From NCBI RefSeq assembly GCF_036588685.1, contig NC_086381.1:33914001-33978000 (forward strand): a stretch of 64,000 nucleotides of DNA, read 5' to 3'. Origin of the DNA: Mytilus trossulus. Taxonomy: Eukaryota. Of this stretch, positions 35,437 to 49,700 are shown piece after piece. The position numbers were made by a program, and so were the translations under genes. Under the pieces are notes generated by a model. The model ran no database searches. It was not told the DNA's origin and saw nothing but the letters and a program-made list of their open reading frames with translations. Positions within the stretch are counted from its first letter, which is position 1, and every line of letters starts with the position of its first letter.

Positions 35437-38400
35437 GTTCTCTGAATATTATTTTGCTGATAAAATTTGCAGGGAATTAGTCGGGTCTAGGGGATCAGTT
35501 GTATTTAGGCCAATCTTTGTCATTAAAATATGCAAAATGTACGAAAATAATGCAAGAAACGCGTAGATTACCAGACTGGTCACGTCGTGATCTGTTGATT
35601 GCGATATTGCATTGTTCGGAATGAGGTCAAGAAGTAAATATTTTGAGGTGATAAGTCTTGACAAGGAAATCATGTTGATTGTATGCATTATTATTTGAAC
35701 CAGATCACGAATATCATATATTTGACCAAACGTGACTTTGACAAAGGTGGTGGTTTCACGTCCTAGATGTTTACAAAATTTATATTTCGCCATGAGATGA
35801 TTCATATTTGGACTCCGTTGTGGAATATTTTGTTTTGAGGAAAATAACAATTCGTGATTTAATGAAATATTTTGACATTTGTCCTTCACTTTGAACATAC
35901 TTAAACTGTATATTTTCCTGGGCGACATATCATCTGTGAAACCACTTCAAAGGGAAACGACATATTATTAAAAAGTTTCATCTACGCAGTTGGTTAAAAT
36001 CGATTATAGTTCATTCAAGAATCCATTGCAAAAAGAATAATTGTCACGTCAGCAATATTTTTATTATTATGGCCTACAATCTGTTGTCAAATGGTGTTAA
36101 TAGTTGTCATAAGTTTTGAACTTAATGATCAACATGTTTGAAAGTAAAAATATAAACTACAAAATAAATTAAAAAAAATTCTTTCCATACAAATAACATT
36201 TATTTTTCATTGTCAAGTTTAATATTTGGAACTTTATAATGTAATCAATCAACATATCTCATCTCTTATAGGTACAAATTCAGAAGATAAATATCAATGA
36301 ACATTTAGCTCTTAAAAAATTATTGTGTGAGATTTTAAACCCACAATTCCGCCAAAAGAATTTATATTTCTTAAATAGCTAATAATTTTTGAAGATATGG
36401 TTTGTTACCAATCAACATGCAACCTACAATTGTAATAAATGTTGTCAGCAGTTTCACCGTTATATATTTGATTTTTAACATACTAAAATTCTTAAACATG
36501 AATCCAAATTAAAAAAAAGTCCATAGGCATAAGACAAGATTAACAGTGCATGGTCTTTTATTTGTTGTTGTTGCTCAAAGAATATTTATTGTTCCATCAG
36601 TTGTGGGCCTCAATGGGCAGCATGACCAAGAGAAATATATTATGATTCAGGTTTATGAACCTGATAATCAGTATTACCAGTCAACTTTTGTTGATTGAGG
36701 TGACAACTTAATTTTTTTACTTCCTGTTTGAAACCGAACACAGAATCTCAACTTAAAACAGTGTCTCCGCTTTCAGACAACTTTTTAACCAATTTGTTTT
36801 TGTCTGCATACCAAGTATAGAGCTTGGCCTCAACACTCAAAATTTTCTCAGACAAAATTCAACTAAATCTTTGTTTTTTTACATTGTCAACTTTCAAAAT
36901 ATTATACTCTGGAAATGTCCTTGTAAAACTTAACCATTAAATTGCATTACTATCAGTAATTTAGTTTAAACATATATATATATATTTATAGTGGATTAGG
37001 AAGCAAGTTATTGCAACTTATATTAATCCGTCTCCACCTTGCAATGCCTTGTAGCGATATTAGCATACTCGTTTAGATATCTACAAGGGTGTCTTTAATT
37101 TTACGTGGAAGAGTTATGGCTCTTAACAAGGGTTAGCCATTTATTGCCCCCATCTGATGGTGTAGAGGTAGTGCAGAAAATTTGATCCCTAAAATTTTCA
37201 AACCAAGAATCTTTGTGTTAGTAGTCCACCATGTCTGATACACTAACCACTACACCACAAGTATCAGTACATTTCAGTTTGAAGATCATTTAGATGTGAT
37301 GCCCTTGTGTTTTGGTCCACCAACAGTGAATTAATTAGCAATCAGATTTCTGGACATCTCTGTGTTAACAATTTTAATTTTCATAATGTTTCCACTAGTA
37401 GAATTGAAAATGGAAATGGTGAATGTGTTATAGACCACAACCCTACCAAAGAGCAAAAAACAGCTCAAGCTCAACACTGAGTAGGGGAAACCATGCACCT
37501 GGAGACCGGCTTCACCCACAAATGTGTACTACATGTACCAGTTCAGTGATAGTGGACATCACACCTTAACTCCAAAACACATAAATGAACAAAATTAAAA
37601 AAAAAACATTCAAGACTAACAAAGGGAGAGGCTTTTGCATCTGACATTTAGAATACTTTATACCTTCAAATTATTTTTCATTTCTTTTTCTTTGTTGTGT
37701 GGATCGGTTTGAATTTTAATTCCTTATTGAACCTACATGTATGCCTTTTGATATCTTACTCACTTATTTTCACAGAGTATATTGCTGATCGATAAATCCC
37801 TTTAGCTCTTCTTGCAGACATCTTGAAATTCTTCTATTAAATGACTGTTAGTGCAATCATGCCAATGTGTTGTTCACAACTTAACTCTTGAAGTTGACAA
37901 GAACACGATTGATTGATTGATTGTTTGCTTATTATCATGATTATCCAGTGACAAATACAAATGTAGAACAGAAACAGGTAAAAAATACTTGTACAACAAA
38001 TCTGTTCAAAAGTAGTATCAAAAAATGAACTACTGACACGGTCACTGAAAAATGAATGTTATAAAATTAACATGTTACTTTGTACATGATACATGTGATA
38101 TAGGGTCATAATTACTTTAAGATATAACTTGCATGTACCTAGGAGAAGCCTTATTTACTAGAAAAAGTACATTGGTACATTGTAGTTTGTTTTGACCCAT
38201 GTCTTGTGCAAATTACACATGGACAGCAGTCATTTTGCCTTCAGAGTGACATGACTTGTGTCTAAGAACTTAATCACAGTCTAGTGCATATGCATGTTAT
38301 AAACTGTAACTGAATATTCATCTGATCAAGCTGGTACCAATCCCTGAGGTACAACTATGCAAGAATGATTGATAGCCACAATCTATTAAACGGTTATAGT

Positions 38401-39993
38401 ACAGCCATCAAAATATCAAGACTGTCCTTTCACTCAGTAAATCCCCCCTTATGTTTAAACATTTAACCCATCCTGTTGCACTGGTTATGCTAATAATCTG
38501 ACAGCTATCTAGACCTATAAGGTCTGGAATACATAATAAAGGAACAGATAAACACCTGATAAAGTCTTTGTGCAATGCATGCAAGGCACTGAATATAAGG
38601 ATTCCTTTCAAAAAAGGGAAATACAGATAGCCCCAGACATTCTAAATGCCTATGACAAAATGAGAGAGAAAATCTTTAGGAAATGTGGCTCATCATCACA
38701 ATATGATAATTTAATTTCTTTTGAAAAGTCACAATATTAAAATTAAAGTCCAGTTAGGGTTATTAAGCAGATAGTTTTAACAGACCACATCTTTCAATTA
38801 TTCTATTGTCATACAACCTGTGTAGATTGTGGTGTGAAGACCACCATTGAATATGCACATAATTATATATTGACATGGTTTTTTTTTACAGTATAGACAT
38901 CTGTCTTTAATCAAGCTGTCAGCCAATTATATGTACAATTACATTTGTTACCTTTTGCTTTACCTGTACACTACTGCTATGATTATAGGTGCTAATCACT
39001 TAGTAGACTAACCTCTGTGATATACAAGTATACAAGATTCAATAGTTTATTGACTATCTTCTGTGTTCATGCACCAAGCATTTAGCATGTTTGGGTCATT
39101 TAATAGTTAAAAATAATCTTTGAATAAAACCCATCACTAAACAGTATTATTAACACAGGAGTTCAATGATGGTGGTTTTTACAACGTGGAGGTTGACAAT
39201 AATCTATAAGAATGTCTGGATTTAGGGATTTGGGGTCCTTCATCTCTGTATTCAGTTATTTTTTGGCCAATTTTGTCTTTGCCCATTATTCTTGATTATT
39301 GAGCATCTCATTATTCTCTTTTCTTTATTTGTCCATTGCTCCCTATTCCTATCTTTTTTGCCCATTATTGTTTATTCTGTAAACCCCATTGGATATCCAT
39401 ACCCTCATCTATACATCTGGCATCTGTCTATTTTTCCTCAAAAATTGAACAGGTTTCCACTTAAAAAATTCAACGAATCTTTATTAATCCGACCAACTCA
39501 CCCAGCAAGACAGCAATATCTTCGAGTTGATATTTCAGTCAGAAATCATGTTATGGATCCCATCTTTTGTTTACCACATATTAATCATGTGATATTTGAG
39601 TAAATGGACTAGAAAAGAGGAATATCAGAAACTTCCATTTTGTAACCTTTTTTGGAAGAATCAAATGTTTATATTCTTCAAGTAATAAAAGGATCAGGCC
39701 CATCAAATTTGTCTACAAAATATAAGTGTAAATGTTGTTTGTTTTCCATAAGAATTATAATAATTGTCATAAATAATTAAAAAGATAAATTTGATTTTCT
39801 TGAATATTTAACATCAATTCAGTTATATATGGACATGTATATAAATATGTTTTGAAAAAGTTATAAAAATGCAATAGAGTTATCTCTCTTTGCATGGTAC
39901 ATGTTGATCAACTGATTTTCAATTTTTTTGTTTCAATATGTAACTTATCATTATGTTAATTTACAAAGAAGGTTTTGTATTATTTATTTCCAG

Positions 39994-40066
39994 GTATGAC
40001 TTAACATCAGAGTTTCCAAATGACACCCCAACACAGACTCTGCATAGAATCACACTCACTATTAGA
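39994..40066 (+). other. Probable 5'-UTR exon of the BICRA-like gene
   Basis: Polypyrimidine tract plus CAG acceptor (TTTATTTCCAG) and an AGA|GTAAGC donor. It cannot be in the main frame because TGA (40747-49) directly precedes the ATG at 40750. Confidence 0.6.
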
Positions 40067-40749
40067 GTAAGCAACAACTTTAATGTTAAATTTAAAGTAG
40101 TACATGATACACTGTTTGTCTAAACTGTTTATACCAAAAACCTCGTAAAGACCAAAGATACTGCCCATTTATTTGTCTTTGAAATACTATATTTCAATTA
40201 TCGCGGACATATCCTGTAAATAGTCATAAAAGTTAAATGTCATTCATTCCATTTCATCAGAAGTTAAATATAACAGGAACATGAGGAAATGTCATCTTAT
40301 CTTTTTTCATACACTTTCATTGGAACAGATCTGTTCAGAGTGTTCATAAATAATATTTCCAGAAATACAGATAATTTCAATCACAATTGCAGTTTGTGGG
40401 CAAATAGTACACTCATAAATAAGTTAAAAAGAAGGAACTCGGCAAAAGAGACATGAGATGGGATAGAGAAATGCGTTTGAACTACATAAATCAAGTAAAA
40501 TATTTCTTGTTATCTCTTCACAAAGGTTCCATGTGAAAGGACCTAACAAGTCCAGATATGCACAATTTTTTGGGGAAAAAGAGGAAACAATCTGACCTTA
40601 AAAAAATTGAACAAACCATATTAAATGTTGTTAAAATGACGAGTAAATTTTTTGTTATGTTTATTCAGGTACAAAATGTATTAATAAAGAATGCATCAGA
40701 ATACATTGAGTAATAGTGATATTAATTTTATTCTTTTATTTCAGTTTGA

Positions 40750-43700
40750 ATGGACATGGGTGATGGTTCATTCATAGATGAATTCAGGTAGGCTATTAAA
40801 AATGTGGTATATTTTATAAAAATGCCATCACTTGTCATGCTTGTCTTTGATTATTGTTAAATATCAATAACAATTTCCTTTGAGCAAATTAGAATCAGAA
40901 TTAATCATTCTTATGGTTTTTAGTTAAAAAAAAATCTGATACCAGCAAAAATCTGATACCAGCAAAGGCATGATAGGGGTATATTTATCTTCTTTGTAAA
41001 AATAAGTTCAACTTATTTAAATTTTTCTGGTTTTGACCTAATAATGACAGTAATTTACATCTGATTAATCAAATTCATGTAAAAAAATATGTAATGCCCC
41101 TTTGAATTGTATATTTCTCCTAATAGCTCCTATATCATTTGTTTTCTTTTTCAGCCATTCAGATTTATTTGGCCATGATGATGGGGTAAGCATATACATA
41201 TTAATAATTATAAAAGATGAATACAGCACAGGTTGCATAACATTTTCAGAATTAATTTGGTTATCCTTTGTTAATAAAACCTCTTCCTAATATATATCTT
41301 CAAGATTCAACATTTAAAAATTATCAGCCTGTGAAAATACCACATGGTATATGATTTTACTTATAAATATGCAATATATAAAGTGTAGACCTGCTTTAAA
41401 TATCTTTGCTTAAAATATAACAAACACTGAGACACATACAAATATTAAGTATAAACAAAAATACAAGCATGTATGCAATTAAAATTTTTACCACCATTCT
41501 AAAGTCTACTCTTTTACAGTGTTCCGTGGATAATTTGTATATATATGCATTAAAAGAAAAACAACCAGGATGTGTTTTCCTCTTGACCAGAAGCATTGAG
41601 TGTATCTTGACACATTTAATATGGAAAATTTATTTTCAGGCCTCCGGATTTGATTGGGCAGATGATCTCATTTCAGCTGTAGAAGTTGAAGATAGACCAA
41701 CAAGTAGAAGTTCAGTGCTAGAAACATCAGTCGTTAATAACAATCAGCAGTCTGTCCAATATGGCCAGACTTCTGGACAATTGTCTAGTCAGCCTGCTGG
41801 TGGTACTGTCAATTTACAGTTTGTTCAAAGTAATACAACCCAGACGGTCCAACAAGCTACTGTCCAGCAACAACCTGCTCAACTGCTGCCAAATCTTACC
41901 AACTTAAGCCAGGGGTAGGTACAACTATGATACCGGCCTCAAAATATTTTCAATTTATTTGTAGAGTTTATCAACTGTTTTTAACTGCCATCAAAATCAA
42001 TTGACTTAACAAGGATGTTGTTAAAAATGCATAACAACAGAATCAATATCATTTTAGCAAAGGGTTAGGGCAAACACAATTGTACCCTGCTCAACTCATC
42101 AAATTTTACAATTTTTGGAAAGGGTTAGTACAGCAAACAATCTGCTCAACTGCTGAAATTAACATTACATAGACAATCAGTTGTTGAAGGTTGAACAGCT
42201 ACCTGTTTCACTTTGATTATAATTTCAATCGTGTATAAAACTACAAAATGTTGATACTTTACAGACTTTGTATTTTATAAGTAGGTAATTAATAATCTAC
42301 TTATGTTTTTAACTTGGTATAAACATTAAAGCATTACCACAAAGTACTTGTTGAGAAACCTCTTAAATATTTTAAACACATTAAAACAGAAAATACAATT
42401 AAAAAAAAGTTATGAAGAGCACTTTTGTTTATTAGTAGTGGCTAACTTTTAATTTGTCATGAATTATTTCCCTAATATTCAGCTTATCAGTTCTGTGTTC
42501 TATATGGTAATCAATGTCTATCAAGTCAGTTGAAATGCTACACAATCATTACAAGATAAATATCTATATAGCATTGTCATTAGAAGATTTATACTACTAT
42601 GTATTTATTTATTTTTATGTGGATAGAGGAAACGTTGGGTATTTCTTGATATTTGATTTCAGATTTTTTGCAGTCTGTGTACAAGTCATATAAAAACAAG
42701 AATGTGTCCAAAGTACATGGATGCCCCATCAGCACTATCATTTTCTATGTTCAGTGGACCATGAAAATGGGATAAAATCTCTAATTTGGCATTAGAATTA
42801 GAAAGATCATATCATAGGGAACATATTTACTAAGTTTCAAATTGATTGGACTTCAACTTCATCAAAAACTACCTTCCAAAATCTTTAACCTGAAGTGGGA
42901 TGAACAGACGCACAGACCAGAAAACATAATGCCCATAAATGAGGCATAAAAAATGTACATTGTAAAACATTCAAATTTGGGTTTCACCTAGACCCATAAA
43001 ATCCACAAAATTGGGATCGTATGAATTGTAGTGACTCCACAGTATCTATCACATATCACAGATTTCAAGGTCTTGATTATTTATTTGCTGGAAAGCAGTT
43101 CATTATATTGAGATATAGAATTGAAAGTTACATCTAAAGAATATTTAGTGCTACTCCAACATTAAGTTCTCTTGTCTAAAATAATTTACATTTGTAAATG
43201 GCGCAGATTGTTTATACAAATTTTCAAAATTTTGGTAATTCATCGAGATCTGTAAATACAAGAAATGGCACATCAGTGATCCGTTTTATAGATATTAACA
43301 TACAATTAAATTGTTATCTATATAATTGCAGTGGTCAGCTGTTTCAAGGAGTAAATGGACAATTGTTTCTCAAGACATTACCAAATGGACAGTTCCAGTT
43401 AGCCACCCAACCTCAAATCCAGCAGATTCAGCAACATCCTCAACAATCCTCTAGTCCAATTCCAATCCAGCCTCATCCTCAAGGATCTCCTCACATCCAT
43501 CAGACACCAAACCAAAGTCCCATACCTATCAGTTCACCTCATGTTGGTTCCTCCTCATCGTCAGCCTCACCTCATGCGAGTCGATCTCTTACTCCACTAC
43601 AGCAGCAAAGGCAATATCAAAATGTTAACATGCTTCAGATTCCAGGATCGCAATCACAGCAGCAGATCATTAGAAATCTACCAATCAGTAGTCAGATCTC

Positions 43701-46700
43701 AAACATAAGTAACTTTCAGACTCAACAAATTATCCAATCTCAAGGCCATATATTATCGAATCAAGGTCAGGTGCTACAAAGTCATGGACATACTCAAGTA
43801 CCTAATCAAGGACAAAACTATGTAAATACACAAAATACTGTTATACAAAATCCAAATGTTGTCAATGTCAATGTAGCACATGTTTTGTGTTCAAGTCAGT
43901 TTCAAGGTCAACAAGGGCAGATTCAAGGGACTTTAATCCAGACTGCTGATGGAAAGCATATCATTATTCCAAGTTCTCAGTTGCCTTCAAATAACCAATT
44001 TCAGATTCAGAATGTCAATCAAATGCTACAGCCACAGATTATTCCTACGTCAAGTGGCACTGGAACGACCCCATTAGTACAAGGAGGTCAGGTGGTTGAA
44101 ACAAATGCTGCTGCATTGGGGGGAATGGGATACATCAGAATTGCAACTCCTACAAGCTCTAGTCAAGAGACAAAAGTGCAGCCACAAACAGCAACACATT
44201 TCTTAGGTTTAAATCAACAGGGTCAGCAGATATTGATTCAAAGACAACCAACGCCTACACCAGGCCAGAATATCGTATTACGGCAAGTCACACCACCAAA
44301 TGTTCTGCAATTACCACAGCAACAAACACTTGCATCAAATCATGTCTTACCGCAGACAACTCAAGCTACTCAACAAATTCTCCTACCACAGGTTCAGAAA
44401 ATTATGACGGGTTCACAAGGTCAGCAACAGGTCAAACTTGTTGCTGCTGGTAATCATCTACAGTCTAACAATTTACCGATGACAATTAACATTGGAGGTC
44501 AGAATGTCATACTTCCATCAAATATCCAACAGCTCATTCAACAACAACAATTAAATCAACTTCAAAAGCAGGCAAGTTCCACTGAAAATCTACATCAGAC
44601 TAAATCATCTATCGCCAACATGGTGATGGCAACATCAACATCAACTAGTAACTTGATATCTAGTGGCCATAATTCAACACAGTTATTGAACACTTCTATG
44701 ATGAACAGTCCAGCATCTAGTTCAAGTCAAGTGTCCCAAGGGCATAACATAACATCACAAGTTCCAACATTTCTTTTACCAAATGTGACTTCTAGCACAG
44801 CTAATATGACTCCAGTGACAACAACGGTATCACAAACAAAACAAATGGTCTCACAAATCAATATAAGTAGTAGTCCAAAAATGTACCAGACTATACCTTC
44901 AGTAGCTAGTAGTGTTACATCGACTGTCACTACGGGTAAACCATTCTTATCAGCTGTCAACAATGCTCCAAAACTACCAATGACAACAATTCAGTTGACA
45001 CCTCAAGCACAACAGAAGATAAATGCTATCCAAAAGGAAATTCGTAAACTGCAATCACTGAAGGATCCTACAGATCAACAAAAGCAGCAGTTGGTGCGAT
45101 TTAGTGAAGCTCTAAAACAAATTATAGCCAAAGGTCATATCAAAATACAGCCAGCTCAAGGACAAATACAATTACAGCAAGTTTCAAGTAATCAGACATC
45201 TAATGCCATGCCCATGTTCATTGGTCAACCTGCTGTGTCCGTTCCACAGCTTGGTCATGTCCTTGCACATCACCAAACATCCACGACTCCATCACAGTCA
45301 TCATCAAGTCCATTGGTCAATCAAAGTCAAGCTGCAGGAGCTGTGCAATCTCAAATTAGTGGTGGACTACCAGGTAAGTTATATACTAACATACCTTTTG
45401 AAAAATATATTGTTGATACCCAGTCGGGTTAATTGGTTTTTAATAGTGGTTTCATAATTATTCATGCATGTAGGATACTAATTGTTGCAGGTATAGATGA
45501 CCCATGAATAAGTGTTTAATGAAGTATACATTTTCTTTGTCTTACATACAGAATTTGAAGAAAAAGAAACACGAAATCAAATATCCACAAAAGTATCCTT
45601 TTACCTCATTCATTGGTACACACAAAAATAATTGAATCCACAATATATTGCATCAGCATTGATCTACATAGATTATATGTTAATCTGACTTTTTTTTCTC
45701 TTGATAAGACTGGATAAAACAACTCAACAAAAAAGAAGTTTGGAAGAATAGTATGTTTCAGTACAATTCATGCTTCTTCTTGTCCAATTTATTTAATTTC
45801 ATAATTTATTTAAGAAAACAACAAAATTTAAAAACACAAAGAAATTAAGGTACAGAAGAAATACAAATCTGTTAGATATATATGTACATGATGTCTACAT
45901 ACAATTCAAAAGAAACAATAAACACAATGAATGTAGTATTGAATTAAGTACCAATTATTATGTTAACTTGCTTGCATTTTAATAAAAATCTTTTTTTTTT
46001 TCAGCACAAGGTCTAGTCACCAGTGATAGTTCATTTACATCAATGTGCACTACAAAATCTGTTCAGTCTCAGTCTGGATCTATCATGTCTATTTCACCAA
46101 CAGGGAACAAGTCCCAACAGCAACCAGTTCAACCCTCTAATGTTACTATACTAGGTCAAAGTCAGGCAGGAATGTTATTACAACAGGGACAATCTGGTAG
46201 TGTTCTTAAGATGGCAATTCAGTCCAACCAAAATGTCACACCAACAGCTGGAGAAAATAGTACTGTGTCCACTCCTGTGAAAATGGGGTCTATAGTAGTA
46301 CCTGGGAATGTCCCGATTAATCCTAATCCACAAGTTGCAGTACCAACACAAATTAAGGTAGAAACTTATTTAACATGTTTAAATGATTGATTAAACCTCT
46401 TTGTAGAAAATCTCATGTAATTTATTAAACTTGATGTGAGACTTGTTTTAACTTTATTCAGCTTTATAACAGCTTTAACATTTTGTGTTTGCAACAGGAA
46501 AAAAAAGCAATAACCTTGCCCACCATATCATGTTTTAGGTGGGATAGTACCAAAAATTTGAGAGAAATTTAAGTGCACCAATCCTTGGAACTGTTAAAAA
46601 TATTCAAACCATAGGATTTTATTTGTGTTTAATATTTGCTGTTCATAATCAATCTTTTACAGCATATAAACTTCAGTGTCAAATCTGAGGGCCTCTTATG

Positions 46701-49700
46701 TTTTATTTATTTAGAGTTTGACATATAATGTTTAAATACTTCACTGTTTAATAAAATCATATGTTCTTCTATAGATCGTGCTGTAGAGTATGTTCTTCTA
46801 TAGATCGTGCTGTAGAGTATGTTCTTCTATATATCGTGCTGTAGAGTATGTTCTTCTATAGATCGTGCTGTAGAGTATGTTCTTCTATAGATCATGCTGT
46901 AAAGTTTTGCATTAAGTTGGTGGTTTGTGTTGTTGTCGTATCTGTATAAATTCCTTATCTCCTTTTATTGTTGTTGAAAATTTAGATGATATTATTTTAG
47001 ATTGCTAGCCATCTCTTGACCTTGAACTTGACCCCAGATCAGAAGGATAAAGTTCAGAAGATGTTGTCAACAATGCCTCAAGAACAACAGCAACAACAGA
47101 TGGCACTGTTCCTAAAACTTCAACAACAACAGAAGATGAATGCTCAAGTTCAAGCACAGTTACAACATCAGAAAAAGCTGCAACAAAATGTACAAGGCAC
47201 TTCAAATATACAGGCACAGCTACCTTCAACTATACAACCTGTAAGGATCTTTATCGAACATGATTAATGTTTAAGAATAATTAAATGAAAGTTACAGAAA
47301 AATCAGATTTATTTGCAGAAAATGCCTGGAGAAAAAGTTGACATGCAACTTAATCATAGTCAAACCTAATTAAGTCTGAACTTAGTGGGACCCAACATTT
47401 TTTTCTGTTCTCTAAATTTAGTTTGCCTCATCCAAATGTTATGAAACGTATACACAATTTTTGTTATCACAAAACACAGACCAAGTTTGAATTTGGGTAG
47501 CATTACTTTTACCCTTTTAGAGTTATGCCCCTTTATAAATGGAAAAGTTGCTGATTTTTCATTTATTGTTCTCTTGCTGTAGTATGTCTTAATTAAATGC
47601 CATGAAACTTTGTCCCATTATAACATTGTATGCTAGAAAAAGGTAGATTCATCTGTGTTATGTCCCTTTGACACACTCATAAGTAAAATATGGAACAAAG
47701 TACAAATTTTCTGGAGGTTTGTAAGTATACTTTTGCAATACCAAAAAATCAAGTAACCACAAAAATTCAATTTATCCTCATCCCACTCATAGCACTGTAT
47801 TTTGACCTTAAGATTTTGTATGGGTTGTTTTCTCAAAGAAATTGTACCATATTTCTTTTTAGGGCTATTCCAGAAAAAATATGTATGGGGGTGTTGGAAG
47901 GCACATTGTAATAATAATACATGGGTGATGGGTATCAGAGCAACTTTTCATACTATAATGCACTATAATTCCCAATTACAATTGACTGGGTGGCGGGTGC
48001 TGACAAAAACTACCTTCCAACCCCCCCTCCCTCCCTACATTTTTTCTGGCATAGCCCTTATCTGTATACAATACACATCAGATTCAACATTTAAAGGCCA
48101 ATGGAATGATTTAAGAACAATATAATTTATGTAAGTTGAAAGGTTTAATATATGATGTGATTTTATTTCAGACAATTATTCCTATTGTTCCAAGTACAAC
48201 AGCAAGTACTATACTGCTAGAACATCCTGGGACATCACCGTCTAAACCAAATATAGTTCATAGAGTGTCTGTAGCTGCTATCCCCAAACATCAATTGTAA
48301 GTACTCTATGAGATATTTGACAAATCTGGTATGTAAACTTTCTTGACAGATTTCATTAAAAAATGGCTTTGTTAATGTGATCTCTGATGTAAAGCTGTAA
48401 AATTGAGTCAACCTTTCACAGCTAGAAATTACTACAAAGTAATGGAAAACACACATTTCGCCACAAACAGTGATTACAAGCCAAATACATCATAAAATAA
48501 ACAAACAAAAAATATTTTAGCAACAATTAGCTAAAAAAAGATGCAATTTGAATATGAAAGACCTAGATACTTTATGCAATTTAGTGATTTAATTGTTTCG
48601 CTAGCCTAAAAAGAAATTTTATGTTAAGGGCTCATTCCGGGGAAGTTATTTGTTTGTTTGAATATGATGTTTTGTGAAAAAGTGTTATTTTTTACCAGAA
48701 AGTACATAGATTGATAAAACATTGGTTACTTTCAGAATTCATCAACAGATGGGAAAAGATCAAGCTAATGCCATTGTCACAGATACCAAAACTCCATTTA
48801 GAAATCAACGTGATACATATAGAAGACTTTTAAGATATCATGTCTTTCAAACAAAAAATCCACCTGATGATTTAGTGAAAAAAGGTATAGTATAATGCAG
48901 GGTTTTGAAAAAAGATGTTTCTGTAGATTCATTTATTTTCATGGGTATCATTTTTTCGTAGAATGAGGAAACTTGCACTTTCATCGATATTTAATTTCAT
49001 TGTTTTTGGCAAAATCTACAAAAAAACCTTTAGAAAATTTGTAATTTAATTCATGGTGCCGCTGTACCCTTAAAAAATCCATGAAAGTTGGTATCCAAGA
49101 AAAAAATAATGAATCTACAGTATCTCTTTAGTCTTTAAAATCAAGGTTTATTGTCGAGCCTTCGACTTTTGACGAAAAAGCAAGACTAAGCGATCCTACA
49201 TTCCGTCGTCGTTGTCCACAAATATTCACTCTGTGGTTAAAGTTTTTGAAATTTCAATAACTTTCTTAAACTATACTGGATAACTTCCAAATGTGGACAG
49301 AAGCTTGATTATGATCAAAAGATAATATACAGAAGTAAATTTTGTAAAAATAAATTTCCATTTTTTCTGTATTTAACTTATAAATGGACTTAGTTTTTCT
49401 GTCAGGAAACAACACATTCACTCTGTGGTTAAATTTAAAAAAAAAAATAATAACTTTCTTATACATGTACTACTTTTAATTTGTACTAAACTTAGATAGA
49501 AGCTTGTTTATAATCAAAAGCTAGTATTTAGAAGGAAATTTTGTTAATATTTTGTACCTGGGTATCTATTTTATCCTAGATTTTTACCAAACTTGGACAG
49601 AAGCTTCTTACAATCAAAAGATAGTATCAAAAGGAATATTTTTATTGCTTTTTTTCTCATTTTTGTTGAGCCTGTGATTTTCAGGCGAGACATTGGGTTC

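Noticed and set aside
38400-38620. Possible ancient reverse-transcriptase remnant (QDCPF, GYANNLTAI resembling QGCPLS and YADD)
   Set aside because: Too degenerate to support without a profile search.
43198-43331. ATG at 43198 (and likewise 52105) as gene starts
   Set aside because: These are intronic extensions upstream of real acceptors at 43332 and 52160.
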